DNA from: Gammaproteobacteria bacterium
GTDB lineage: Bacteria > Pseudomonadota > Gammaproteobacteria > SpSt-1174
Length of the DNA stretch: 64,000 nt
Assembly: GCA_037388465.1 (NCBI GenBank)
Contig: JARRKE010000001.1
Location: 7,667-71,666, forward strand
Reading direction: 5' to 3'
Below, piece by piece: positions 53,697-63,027 of this stretch. The position numbers and the translations under genes were made by a program. The notes beneath the pieces are model-generated. The model worked only from the letters and a program-made list of their open reading frames with translations. It searched no databases and had not been told where the DNA came from. Every line of letters starts with the position of its first letter. Positions within the stretch are counted from its first letter, which is position 1.

Positions 53697-54206
53697 ATGA
53701 CAGTCATCAACAAGGTAATGGTCGGAGAGTCCCTGGTGGGAGAAGGAAACGAGATAGCTCATGTTGATTTGATCTTGGGTCCTCGCGGCAGTGCCGCCGA
53801 AACGGCGTTTTGCAATGCGCTCACCAACAACAAGGATGGTTTTACCAGCCTGCTTGCCGTGGTGGCGCCGAATCTGGCCGCTAAGCCGAACACCGTGATG
53901 TTCAACAAGGTGACCATCAAGAACGGCGAACAGGCGACGCAGATGTTCGGTCCCGCACAGCGTGCTGTAGCCATGGCCGTGACCGATTGTGTGGAAGATG
54001 GAACGATACCGGCTGGCGAGGCCGATGATTTGTTCATCTGTGTCGGCGTGTTTATCCACTGGTTGGCCAAGGATGACGCGAAGATTCAGGACTTCAATTA
54101 CGAAGCAACAAAGCAGGCGATCAAACGGGCAGTTGCGGGAACGCCGTCGGCGACCGAAGTCATCAATCGCAAGACTGAATCGCATCCGTTCGCTGCGCAT
54201 GCGTAA
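53697..54206 (+). CDS. fae: Formaldehyde-activating enzyme
   Basis: 169 aa with the blocks [24 protein letters not shown] .. [26 protein letters not shown] .. [21 protein letters not shown]. Confidence 0.95.
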   Translation: MTVINKVMVGESLVGEGNEIAHVDLILGPRGSAAETAFCNALTNNKDGFTSLLAVVAPNLAAKPNTVMFNKVTIKNGEQATQMFGPAQRAVAMAVTDCVEDGTIPAGEADDLFICVGVFIHWLAKDDAKIQDFNYEATKQAIKRAVAGTPSATEVINRKTESHPFAAHA

Positions 54207-54221
54207 TGCGTAGCAGCCGCT

Positions 54222-54256
54222 GGGTGATTGCCCCGGATGATCCGGAGCAATCACCC
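54222..54256 (+). terminator. Strong intercistronic hairpin directly after fae (partial terminator / mRNA-stability element)
   Basis: GGGTGATTGC-C-CCGGA-TGA-TCCGG-A-GCAATCACCC is a 15-bp interrupted stem starting 16 nt after the fae stop. There is no U-tract, and the next gene has its own GGAGG RBS. Confidence 0.45.
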
Positions 54257-54288
54257 TTAGCTGTCGTACGAAGGACTGGAGGTGCGCC

Positions 54289-55521
54289 ATGAAATGTATG
54301 GAATGCGAGGCAGAACTGGAAAGGATTGATTCCGCTCACCTGCTGGTCTGCTGTGGCTTGACGCTGCAGGAGTATGCCGTTCGCTACGGATTGCCTCTGG
54401 ACCATCTGGTCAGTCCGGATCAGGTGGCGGCATCACAGTGTGCGCCCGAGTGCCCGGTACCGGTACGTTATCCCTCCAATCAGGCACGCGCCGTGTTGCA
54501 GGGATTGCGGATGGCCGGCCGGGTCGCAGAGGAAGGCGACCTCACGGTGGTTGCAGGTGAAGTCCGTACCCTGGATCTACTGCTGTGGGATTTGTCGTGG
54601 CTGCGCGAATACGGATTCTGTTTTCGCCAGGACTATGACTACGGCGACGGGGCGCACCGCATTGTTGCGCGCAATCACCTGCTGACGCCCAGTGCCAATT
54701 TGCGGCGGGCGGATGGGTATCCGGGCTGTCCGGTGCCACCGCCCGACCTGCTGGATGTGCTGGCCGTGTGCGTGGCACATGCGGCGATTCTGCAGCGCGA
54801 TTATCTGTTTCTGGAGCTTCACAATCCATCGGATGGCACATTGGTGTGCGATGAGTTGCTCGGTCAGTATGACATCAGGCTCGTCGAGCTGGATAGCGGC
54901 GGCGGGCAAACTGTTTTGCTGCGTACCCTTACCGCAGCGGACACCGGTCGTCTGCTGGAGCTGCTTGCTGATCGGCTGGCGGCCATGCCGGGCGTGGCCG
55001 AGCGCTTTGCCAGCCAGTCGCCCAGCGCGACGGTGGTCAAGGAATTGGTTTTCGACGCCGCACATTTCATTACCGATCACCCGGCGAAATGTTCCAATCT
55101 CCATGGCGGGCGATATGTTCTGCACGTCAAGGTTCACGATCGGATCGATCCGGTGACGGGTTGCGTCGTCGACTACGGATATCTCAAACGGGTGGTGAAT
55201 CGGCGTGTTGTCGACCGTTTCGATCACCACATGCTGAACTATGCCGCACCCGAACTCGCCTGGCGTTCGAGTACCGAGATGTTGTGCGTGTTCATCTGGG
55301 AGCAGTTGATCGACTATCTGCCGGGGCTGCAGGAACTGCAGTTGTTCGAGACCACCCAGTCATGGTGTATCTACAGCGGACCGGACCTTGCCGAATTCCA
55401 GCGCCGGGGTCCCAGCGCATTGCAGCGACATTTTACGGACCGCACGCTGGGTACCTCGTCGTTGCGCGGGCTGATCCGGCCCGTGTCGCCGCCCGCCCTG
55501 CGGGCGGTCGATCAACGGTAG
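54289..55521 (+). CDS. Fusion protein: N-terminal Cys-rich (zinc-ribbon-like) and unknown middle region + C-terminal 6-pyruvoyl-tetrahydropterin synthase (PTPS/QueD-like) domain
   Basis: 410 aa. N-terminus MKCMECEAELERIDSAHLLVCCG. C-terminal region has PTPS-family blocks (FDAAHFITDHPAKCSNLHGGRYVLHV.., VVDYGYLKRVVNRRVVDRFDHHMLN). Confidence 0.6.
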   Translation: MKCMECEAELERIDSAHLLVCCGLTLQEYAVRYGLPLDHLVSPDQVAASQCAPECPVPVRYPSNQARAVLQGLRMAGRVAEEGDLTVVAGEVRTLDLLLWDLSWLREYGFCFRQDYDYGDGAHRIVARNHLLTPSANLRRADGYPGCPVPPPDLLDVLAVCVAHAAILQRDYLFLELHNPSDGTLVCDELLGQYDIRLVELDSGGGQTVLLRTLTAADTGRLLELLADRLAAMPGVAERFASQSPSATVVKELVFDAAHFITDHPAKCSNLHGGRYVLHVKVHDRIDPVTGCVVDYGYLKRVVNRRVVDRFDHHMLNYAAPELAWRSSTEMLCVFIWEQLIDYLPGLQELQLFETTQSWCIYSGPDLAEFQRRGPSALQRHFTDRTLGTSSLRGLIRPVSPPALRAVDQR

Positions 55522-56249
55522 GCATCGAGATGTGGGCTGTCGAGACGACCGCTGTGCAGTGCGCTGGCGAGCAGCACGCCGCTGGCACCCGCGGCCTGCA
55601 GTTGTTGCAGATCGGCAGCGTCGCGCACGCCACCGGCTGCGTATATCCGGTGTTCCGGGGCAAGGTCGACTGTGCGCTTTACCCGCGACATGGCCGGTCC
55701 TTGCAGACCCCCGACCCGGGCGAGGGTCATCAGGATCAGTTTTCGGGGCCACAGCCCGGGGGTGGTGTCCAGGCCGTCCGGACCGAGGAAGGTCTGCCCG
55801 CGGAAATCGAGGGACAGTACGGTGCCGTCGTGAAGCGGCGTGCCGATTTGCTGCAACAGAGACGTGTCGCGCAGTGTCTCGCTGCCGATCACCGCGACGC
55901 CGAGTTCGTTTTCCTGCAGGCGCTGGTAGTCGTCCCGATCTTGGATCCCCGCGTCCACCCACAACTGCAATGCGGGGTGACGGTGGCGCAGGTTTTGAAT
56001 GATCCGAAAGTTGTCGCCGTTGCCCGTAATGGCATCGAGGTCGGCGACATACATCGTACGAAAAGGATGCAGGGCAAGAAATGCGTCGGCGACCGCGAGG
56101 GGGTCGCTGTCGCGACATAAGGGGGTGTGCAGGGGCCTGTAGTCTGAACGTGCCTTGCCACCTTGGGCGTGTACGGCATGCCCATTCATAACATCGATGA
56201 CAGGTATCAGTTCCAAGGCGCAGATGTGCGAGTCTTTGTATACGAACAT
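55512..56249 (-). CDS. HisA/HisF-family (beta/alpha)8 isomerase-like protein, H4MPT-linked
   Basis: ~246 aa from the ATG at 56249. N-terminal LIPVIDVMNGHAVHAQGG and C-terminal AAGGVRDAADLQQLQAAGASGVLLASAL are HisA-like. The track ORF extends to 56732. The 3' end overlaps the converging gene by 10 nt. Confidence 0.65.
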   Translation of the reverse strand: MFVYKDSHICALELIPVIDVMNGHAVHAQGGKARSDYRPLHTPLCRDSDPLAVADAFLALHPFRTMYVADLDAITGNGDNFRIIQNLRHRHPALQLWVDAGIQDRDDYQRLQENELGVAVIGSETLRDTSLLQQIGTPLHDGTVLSLDFRGQTFLGPDGLDTTPGLWPRKLILMTLARVGGLQGPAMSRVKRTVDLAPEHRIYAAGGVRDAADLQQLQAAGASGVLLASALHSGRLDSPHLDAYR

Positions 56250-57230
56250 ATTACTGGCGGTGGACTGGCGGGCCAAGCCATTCCGGCATCCCTGGCGCAT
56301 GAAGGGGACATCATGCTGCGTGCGCTGGTGACCGATCTGGTCGATGCCGGCGTGGAAGTGGTGACGACCAGGGATGAACGGCTGCCGGCGATCGATCTGC
56401 CTGCCGACGTCGCAAGCATCTGCGACCTGCAGCAAAAGGATGAGGTGCTGCAGCTGTGCATGATGGAAAGCGACGCCGTGTGGCCGATCGCGCCCGAAGC
56501 CTGCGGTGTGCTGGAACGCATCAGTGAACAAATCCAGAGCAATGGCGGGGTGTTGCTGAACAGCCGCCCGCCGGCGGTACGGATTGCATCGAGCAAGCTG
56601 AATACCACCAGCAGGCTGGCGGAGCACGGTGTTCCTGTGGTGCCGACCTTTGACGCGAACCAGTATATCTCCGCGCGATACAGCCGTTGGGTGCTCAAGC
56701 CGGACGACGGGGCGGGTTGCGTGGAGACGCATATCGTCTACAGCAGCGAAGAACTGCCCTCGACACTCGCCGAACTGGACCAGGCGGTCCAGTACGTGGC
56801 GCAGCCGTATGTGGTGGGGCCAGCGGTGAGTCTAAGCATGTTGTGCAGCAACGGTCAGGCATTGCTGCTGGCCTGCAATCGCCAGCAGGTGGCCGTGATC
56901 AACGAGGCGTTTTGTCTGTTGGGTTGCGTGGTCAATGATCCCTCTGCCTGGGGCGAGTACGCGGCGCCGCTCGCGGCGGATATCGCGGCTGCAATGCCGG
57001 GACTGTGGGGCTATGTCGGCGTGGATCTCCTGCTCACGGATGACGGTCCGCTGGTATTGGAAGTCAATCCACGCCTGACCCTGTCCTATGTGGGACTGAC
57101 CAATTCGTTGGGGATGAATGCCGCCGAACTGGTGCTGGGCTTGCTGGATGACAAGCAATGGCCGGTTGCCGAGGTTGCGGCGGGGCGCATGCCGGTGACG
57201 GTGAATCTGGAGGTCCATTATGTGCCCTGA
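56226..57230 (+). CDS. ATP-grasp protein, H4MPT/methanofuran-linked (second copy, candidate tyramine-glutamate-type ligase)
   Basis: ATP-grasp core (..WVLKPDDGAGCVETHIV .. LEVNPRLT..). Start is uncertain: GTG at 56226 or ATG at 56178/56163. The 5' end overlaps the divergent HisA-like gene start. Confidence 0.6.
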   Translation: MRVFVYEHITGGGLAGQAIPASLAHEGDIMLRALVTDLVDAGVEVVTTRDERLPAIDLPADVASICDLQQKDEVLQLCMMESDAVWPIAPEACGVLERISEQIQSNGGVLLNSRPPAVRIASSKLNTTSRLAEHGVPVVPTFDANQYISARYSRWVLKPDDGAGCVETHIVYSSEELPSTLAELDQAVQYVAQPYVVGPAVSLSMLCSNGQALLLACNRQQVAVINEAFCLLGCVVNDPSAWGEYAAPLAADIAAAMPGLWGYVGVDLLLTDDGPLVLEVNPRLTLSYVGLTNSLGMNAAELVLGLLDDKQWPVAEVAAGRMPVTVNLEVHYVP

Positions 57231-58272
57231 GCCGGTGCTGGGATGGGACCTGGGCGGCGCTCATCTGAAAGTGGCCGTGGCGGACAGGCAGGGTCGGATC
57301 ACCGTGATCTGTCAGCTGGGCTGTCCCTTGTGGATGGGTATGCAGCACTTCGATGATGCCGCGCTGCGGGCACTGGATATCACACGTGGCATGGCGTTCG
57401 ATCATGCCGTTACCATGACCGGCGAGCTGGTGGATCTGTTCCCGACGCGCGAAGACGGCGTGCGCCGGCTGGTCGATGTGATGTGCCGTCACGTACCGGC
57501 GCAGCGCCTACGGGTGTACGCCGGCCGACACGGCTTCCTAGGGCCGCGGGAGGCGATCGGGCATAGCGATCAGGTCGCCTCGGCCAACTGGTGTGCTACC
57601 GCGTCCTTGCTTGCACGGCGTCTCGATGCGGGCCTGCTGGTGGACGTGGGGAGCACCACGACGGATATCGTGCCGTTTTACGATAACCAGGTGCAGGCCG
57701 CGGGATTTAGCGATCACGAACGGCTGATCAACGGTGAGCTGGTGTATGCCGGCGTGGTACGTACACCGGTGATGGCCATGGCCCGGCGGGTGCCGGTTGA
57801 CGGTGCATGGGTACCGCTGATGGCGGAGCATTTCGCCACCGCGGCCGATGTTTACAGATTGTTGAGCCGTCTCACCGAGCATGCCGACAAGCTGCCGAGC
57901 GCCGATCGCGGTGACAAGACATCGCTGGCCAGCGCAAGGCGTCTGGCGCGCATGGTCGGCTGCGACCTGGAGGGCAACCGGCTCGAACCCTGGCTGGCGA
58001 CGGCGGCCTATCTCGCCGAATGCCAATTGCAGCGTTTTCAGGATGCCTGCGAAAAGGTGCTTGCGAACACGGCGTTGCCGGCCGGCGCGCCGCTGGTGGG
58101 GGCGGGCGTCGGGCGATTTTTGGTGCGCACGCTCGCCACGCGCTTGCGGCGTCCGTATGTGGATTTTTGTACCCTGATTGATGCCGAGCGTATCGCAGGC
58201 CGCGAGGATGCCGCCGATTGCGCACCGGCCGTTGCGGTGGCCTGCCTGGCCCAGCTGGAGGCGGCGGCATGA
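57220..58272 (+). CDS. Hydantoinase/BadF/BcrAD-type ATPase-fold protein, H4MPT-linked C1 pathway protein
   Basis: 350 aa. Actin-like ATPase N-terminus (LGWDLGGAHLKVAV), ..DVGSTTTD.., overlaps both neighbouring genes. Confidence 0.6.
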   Translation: MCPEPVLGWDLGGAHLKVAVADRQGRITVICQLGCPLWMGMQHFDDAALRALDITRGMAFDHAVTMTGELVDLFPTREDGVRRLVDVMCRHVPAQRLRVYAGRHGFLGPREAIGHSDQVASANWCATASLLARRLDAGLLVDVGSTTTDIVPFYDNQVQAAGFSDHERLINGELVYAGVVRTPVMAMARRVPVDGAWVPLMAEHFATAADVYRLLSRLTEHADKLPSADRGDKTSLASARRLARMVGCDLEGNRLEPWLATAAYLAECQLQRFQDACEKVLANTALPAGAPLVGAGVGRFLVRTLATRLRRPYVDFCTLIDAERIAGREDAADCAPAVAVACLAQLEAAA

Positions 58273-59666
58273 GCCTGCCCACCCTGCTGGAATTGCCTTA
58301 TCGTCCGGACAGCAGTGAGCTGTTCGATGCCATCGCTGACCGCCCCTGGGCCGTCTTCCTGGACAGCGGGCGGCCGCATACGGACCAGGGGCGCTACGAC
58401 ATACTGGCCTGCGACCCGGTTGCCACATTGACGACACGCGGCGCGGTCACGGAAATCCGCTCCCATGCCGGCTCCATCCTGTCGCCCGAAGACCCCTTCA
58501 CGCTGTTGCGCGAGCAGCTCGGGGCGAAAGCGCCAAGTGTTGCCGGGCTGCCGTTCTGCGGCGGCGCCATCGGCTATTTCGGTTACGACCTGGCGCGCCG
58601 CATCGAGCGTCTTCCCGAGACAGGCATCGATGCGGAACACATGCCGCAGATGGCCGTGGGCATCTACGACTGGGCCGTGGTGGTGGATCATCAGGCACGG
58701 CGCAGCTATGTGGTGTCCCAGAACCGCGATCCGCATTCGGTGCGCCTGTACGAAGACTTTCTGACCCGCTTGACGGCATCGACAGGCCGTGCATCGTTTC
58801 AGGTCGTCAGCCCGGTGCGTTCGAACATGTCGTTCGAGGACTACGGGCATGCCTTCCGGCGCATCAAACATTACATTCGCGAGGGCGACTGCTATCAGGT
58901 GAATCTCGCGCAGCGTTTCTGTGCACCTGTGCGGGGCGACCCCTGGGAAGGATACCGGCGTCTGCGCCGCACCAATCCGGCACCTTTCGCCGCCTATCTG
59001 AACACGCCGGCCGCGCAGGTATTGAGCGCTTCGCCGGAGCGGTTTTTGCAGGTCCGTGACGGCATCGTGACCACCAAACCCATCAAGGGCACGCGCGGGC
59101 GCAGCGATGATCCAGTGGAGGACCGGGCCCTGGCACAGGCCTTGTGCGCCAGTACCAAGGACCGGGCCGAGAATCTGATGATCGTGGATCTGCTGCGCAA
59201 CGATATCGGCAAGTGCTGTACACCGGGTTCGGTACGGGTACCCAAACTGTTCGATCTGGAAAGCTTCGCGACCGTGCATCACCTGGTCAGCACCGTCACC
59301 GGCAGGCTGGCGGGGCGGCAGCATGCCGTCGACCTGCTGCGAGCCTGCTTCCCCGGCGGTTCGATTACCGGGGCGCCGAAGCTGCGTGCCATGCAGATTA
59401 TCGAGGAACTCGAACCGCATCGGCGCGGCGTGTATTGCGGTGCCGTCGGCTACGTCGGTTTCGACGGCGCCATGGATACCAATATCGCCATTCGCACCCT
59501 GGTGCATTCCGCCGGTACGGCGCGTTTCTGGGCGGGGGGCGGCATCGTCGCCGATTCCGAGCTGGAGGCGGAATATCAGGAGACCTTCGACAAGGGCGCC
59601 GCGCTGCTGGCCCTGTTGGGAGGCGGCGATTCGCAACGCCGGGGAGTCGGACATGTGGGTTATTAA
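58269..59666 (+). CDS. pabB: Aminodeoxychorismate synthase component I (pABA synthesis; pABA is the H4MPT arylamine precursor)
   Basis: 465 aa. Chorismate-binding-enzyme motifs (GDCYQVNL, PERF, TKPIKGT, GGSITGAPK, GVYCGA.GY). Confidence 0.85.
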   Translation: MSLPTLLELPYRPDSSELFDAIADRPWAVFLDSGRPHTDQGRYDILACDPVATLTTRGAVTEIRSHAGSILSPEDPFTLLREQLGAKAPSVAGLPFCGGAIGYFGYDLARRIERLPETGIDAEHMPQMAVGIYDWAVVVDHQARRSYVVSQNRDPHSVRLYEDFLTRLTASTGRASFQVVSPVRSNMSFEDYGHAFRRIKHYIREGDCYQVNLAQRFCAPVRGDPWEGYRRLRRTNPAPFAAYLNTPAAQVLSASPERFLQVRDGIVTTKPIKGTRGRSDDPVEDRALAQALCASTKDRAENLMIVDLLRNDIGKCCTPGSVRVPKLFDLESFATVHHLVSTVTGRLAGRQHAVDLLRACFPGGSITGAPKLRAMQIIEELEPHRRGVYCGAVGYVGFDGAMDTNIAIRTLVHSAGTARFWAGGGIVADSELEAEYQETFDKGAALLALLGGGDSQRRGVGHVGY

Positions 59667-60294
59667 ACTGGGCGGCAGCCTGGCCCATGACGCCCGGTTG
59701 CCGGCATGGCTGGACGCACTCGCGCAGTACGGTGCGGGCCGTGTGGTCATCGTGCCGGGCGGCGGTCCGTTTGCCGACGAGGTGCGCGCAGCGCAGTCCC
59801 GCTGGTGTTTCAATGAACTGGCGGCCCATCGCATGGCCGTGCTGGCGATGGAGCAGTACGGTCTCATGCTGCAGGCCATGTGCCCGCAGTTGAAGACGGC
59901 AAGCTCTCTTGACCAGTTCGAGACCGACGGTCGGGATGAGGCCTGCATATGGCTGCCGGCCCGCATGGTGCTGGCCGAACAGTCCCTGCCGGCGAGCTGG
60001 GCGGTTACCTCGGACAGCCTGTCCGCCTGGCTGGCCCGCAAGCTGGGTGCGACCCGTCTGGTACTGGTCAAGTCCGTACGTCCTGCGGGCGATTCGGTTT
60101 CATACAGGGCGATGCAGACGCTGGGCGTGGTGGACGGCGCCTTTGAGGCGTTTGTCGACGACGACCGATTTGCCAGCTGGCTGTGTGGCCCTGACGATAG
60201 CGGGCGGCTGGTGCGGGCCCTGCGTGCCGAATGCGATCCGGGCGTGCGCCTGGTCGGCGATATGGCGCATCCGATGGCGGAAACGGTCTCGTAA
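59653..60294 (+). CDS. Amino-acid-kinase-family protein (MfnE-like small-molecule phosphate kinase candidate)
   Basis: 213 aa, MWVIKLGGSL.. N-terminus typical of the Asp/Glu/uridylate kinase fold. Overlaps the pabB 3' end. Confidence 0.55.
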   Translation: MWVIKLGGSLAHDARLPAWLDALAQYGAGRVVIVPGGGPFADEVRAAQSRWCFNELAAHRMAVLAMEQYGLMLQAMCPQLKTASSLDQFETDGRDEACIWLPARMVLAEQSLPASWAVTSDSLSAWLARKLGATRLVLVKSVRPAGDSVSYRAMQTLGVVDGAFEAFVDDDRFASWLCGPDDSGRLVRALRAECDPGVRLVGDMAHPMAETVS

Positions 60295-60338
60295 GCCCTA
60301 ACCGGCTGTTGAACCGTGCTGACCGTGTCGGACTGGCG

Positions 60339-61064
60339 TCAGCGCATCGCCTGGATGGGCGCCTGATCGGCTGCCGGTTCGCCTCGGGGAATGCGGGCGC
60401 GTATTGCGGCCAGGGCCTGCGGGTCCAGCGCCGCGGTCCGCAGACCGCTGCGACACAGGGCGCCGCGAAAACCGAGCAGGTCGGGACTCAGTTTCAGCAG
60501 CGGGGCAATGTCCGCCGTATCCAGCGAACCGGCCAGCCCGCTCAGCAGCCCCAGGCTGCGGCAGCGTCGGACGAATGCATTCAACACCTGATCATCGGCA
60601 TGCCGGCGCAGGCCGCCGGCCTTCTTGCCGGCGGTGTCGAGCATGGCGCCGGCGAAGCCGGCGGCCGACAGCTTCGGCAATACCCCGATGTCGATGCCCT
60701 GGTCGGCGAACAACACGCCCACCAGCCTGACGCCCTGTGTGGCGATCCGGTGCAGTCGTAGCAGCGTTCCGGCCAAGTCGCCGCCTTCGGGCAGTCCCAC
60801 CTTGACGTAGTCCACGCCCGTAGCGGCCTTTTGTTCGACGGCAAGCGCGATGCGTTCCGCCTCCAGGGGGAGATCGCCGGTGGTGGCGCTGAGCGGTACG
60901 CGACCGCGTATGTTGCCGGCGATGCGGCGTATCAAGGGGTCGGCAACGGCGCCGAGCGCACCGTTGGCCGGTTCTTTCAGGTCGATGATGTCGACGCCCG
61001 CCTCGAGTGCGATGACGGCCTCGTGGAGATTGTTGACGCTGGCCAGCAAGGCGGTCACGCGCAT
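60339..61064 (-). CDS. mfnB: (5-formylfuran-3-yl)methyl phosphate synthase (MfnB family), methanofuran biosynthesis
   Basis: 241 aa TIM-barrel. N-terminus MRVTALLASVNNLHEAVIALEAGVDIIDLKEPANGALGA resembles the archaeal MfnB (MJ1099) N-terminus as I recall it. Confidence 0.75.
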   Translation of the reverse strand: MRVTALLASVNNLHEAVIALEAGVDIIDLKEPANGALGAVADPLIRRIAGNIRGRVPLSATTGDLPLEAERIALAVEQKAATGVDYVKVGLPEGGDLAGTLLRLHRIATQGVRLVGVLFADQGIDIGVLPKLSAAGFAGAMLDTAGKKAGGLRRHADDQVLNAFVRRCRSLGLLSGLAGSLDTADIAPLLKLSPDLLGFRGALCRSGLRTAALDPQALAAIRARIPRGEPAADQAPIQAMR

Positions 61065-61627
61065 GCCTCACGGTGCTCGCGGCGGAAGGTGTCGATGCGT
61101 TCCATCAGCCAGGACCAGGCTTCACGTTCCCTGTCGCCGGCGGTCTTGTCGATCGCGATGGTCAGGTAGGTCAGTTCCTGCTGCACTTTTTCCCAGGGCA
61201 GCATGCGCAGGCGGCTCACCAGGATGGCCGCCTCGATGACCGCCGACTGGGCGCGGTTGAAGCCGCGGAAGGGGCGGTGGTTTGCTTCGTGCGCGATCCG
61301 GCAGATCAGCTGCGGACGGACTTCATCGTCCTCGATGCGATCCAGCACTACCTCCCTGTGCGACAGGGCGTCGGCCAGCCGGGCGCCGGGTATCTGTTCG
61401 GTCGCTACCGTGGGCCAGTCCCGTCGTCCGGTCAGACAACCGGCGAAGACGCGTACATCGTCGGTGCAGTTGATCGCGGCAAATCCCGTTTGCAATAGAT
61501 TGTCCAGGGTGGTGGAAGGCCGGAACGGCGCGATCACCAGACCTTGCCGGTGATCGTGCACGCCCATCGGCGCGATATGGATGCGGCCGTCGGCCGAGCG
61601 CGTGGTAAGAATGGTTTCGTTGATCAT
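61055..61627 (-). CDS. DUF447-family protein (MfnF-like candidate)
   Basis: ~190 aa from the ATG at 61627 (MINETILTTRSADGRIHIAPMGV..). Overlaps mfnB. Family assignment is from memory and uncertain. Confidence 0.45.
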   Translation of the reverse strand: MINETILTTRSADGRIHIAPMGVHDHRQGLVIAPFRPSTTLDNLLQTGFAAINCTDDVRVFAGCLTGRRDWPTVATEQIPGARLADALSHREVVLDRIEDDEVRPQLICRIAHEANHRPFRGFNRAQSAVIEAAILVSRLRMLPWEKVQQELTYLTIAIDKTAGDREREAWSWLMERIDTFRREHREACA

Positions 61628-63027
61628 GTTCCGCTCTCCGTGCTGATGCCGGTATCGAAGGGGGTATCGGACCGGTCGCCCGCTGCCGGTGCATTGCCGG
61701 CGACGGCGCAACCCCAGTCCAGCGGCTGGTCCTGCACGTAACGTTTGCCCAGGGACCAGGCGATCTCGGCGCGCGCCAGTTCGACGCCCAGGTAAAAGGC
61801 GTGGCTGCCGTCACTGTCCACGCCGAGAGATGGGTAGAAATCGAACGGGTCGGTGGCCGTGCGCAGGCCGTCCCGGTTGTACACATGAATGCCGCTGTCG
61901 CTGACCTGGATACGAAAACTGGGATCGCGGACCTGGCCTGCCAGTTCAGCGATTTCGTTCTCGTCATAGGGGAACGGTGACCGTTCGTGCAGTGCCAGCA
62001 GGCCGGTGTCGATGCCCTTCGGCAGGCTGTGCGATTCACGGGCGGCGTACATCACGCGCCGGGCGAGATCGGCTTCCGCCACGGCACGCCGGGCGTGGGG
62101 ACTGACCTGGGTGGTCAGTATATTGGTGATCCTCAGCTCCATGGCGATGCCCAGCAGCATGGCGTTGATACCGGCGGTGTCCGCATCGGTCAATTCGGTG
62201 ACGTTGCCGATGCCCATCAGCAGTTCCGCATGCGGATGCCGGTCGCGCAGGGTGTGATACCGCGTCAGTGCGTCGGTAAAACCGAAATTGATCGGATCGA
62301 GAATCGGATCCACCAGATAACGTCGGTCGGCTGCATCGAGAGCGGCCATGGCGCGTTCGAGAGAATCCAGGTCGCCATGGTTGCGGGGAACCAGTATCGG
62401 GACCAGGGTCGGGTTTTCCTCGGCGATATCCAGCGTGTCCTCGGTAAGGCTGAACAGGTAGTCGGCACCGGCACGTGCACCGCGTCGCAACTCGTCCGTA
62501 TTCATGGAATCGACACTGACCTGGTAACCGTCAGCGTGCAGGCGTTTTACCGTCTCTTCCAGATGCGGAAAGGGCGTATCGGGCAGCCCGCCCACGTCGA
62601 TCACGTCCGCGCCGGCGGCGCGGTAGGCGGCGGCCTGAGACAGAATGGCGTCGACGTTCATGCGCGGCGCATCGACGATCTCGGCAAAGATCCTCACGTC
62701 GTAGCGACTGAGATCGGGTGGCGTCGCCTGCAGGCCGAAATACTGCGGCAGATCCTTGAGATCGTCCGGTCCCCGTTCTACCGGCACGCCAAGCTGGTGT
62801 GTCAAGGCGGCAAGATCACCACGGCAGCGTCCCGGAATCACGATGCGGTCCGCTCCGCCGGTGTCTGTGAGCCTCCGTCCTATCATGTCGGTGGTCATCA
62901 GGGCGGCGACGCTGACACCCATTTGCCGCACCGTATAACTGAACGCCGTGGGCTGCATTTGTTCCAGCACCCGGTGCAGATTGCGTTCGGCCAGCTTGCC
63001 CGTCAGGAACAGCAGGTGTTCAGCCAT
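61624..63027 (-). CDS. Dihydropteroate-synthase-like protein with N-terminal extension (pterin-binding, H4MPT biosynthesis)
   Basis: 467 aa. C-terminal half has pterin-binding DHPS-like blocks (GADVIDVGG.., ..SVDS..). Overlaps both neighbours. Confidence 0.65.
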   Translation of the reverse strand: MAEHLLFLTGKLAERNLHRVLEQMQPTAFSYTVRQMGVSVAALMTTDMIGRRLTDTGGADRIVIPGRCRGDLAALTHQLGVPVERGPDDLKDLPQYFGLQATPPDLSRYDVRIFAEIVDAPRMNVDAILSQAAAYRAAGADVIDVGGLPDTPFPHLEETVKRLHADGYQVSVDSMNTDELRRGARAGADYLFSLTEDTLDIAEENPTLVPILVPRNHGDLDSLERAMAALDAADRRYLVDPILDPINFGFTDALTRYHTLRDRHPHAELLMGIGNVTELTDADTAGINAMLLGIAMELRITNILTTQVSPHARRAVAEADLARRVMYAARESHSLPKGIDTGLLALHERSPFPYDENEIAELAGQVRDPSFRIQVSDSGIHVYNRDGLRTATDPFDFYPSLGVDSDGSHAFYLGVELARAEIAWSLGKRYVQDQPLDWGCAVAGNAPAAGDRSDTPFDTGISTESGT

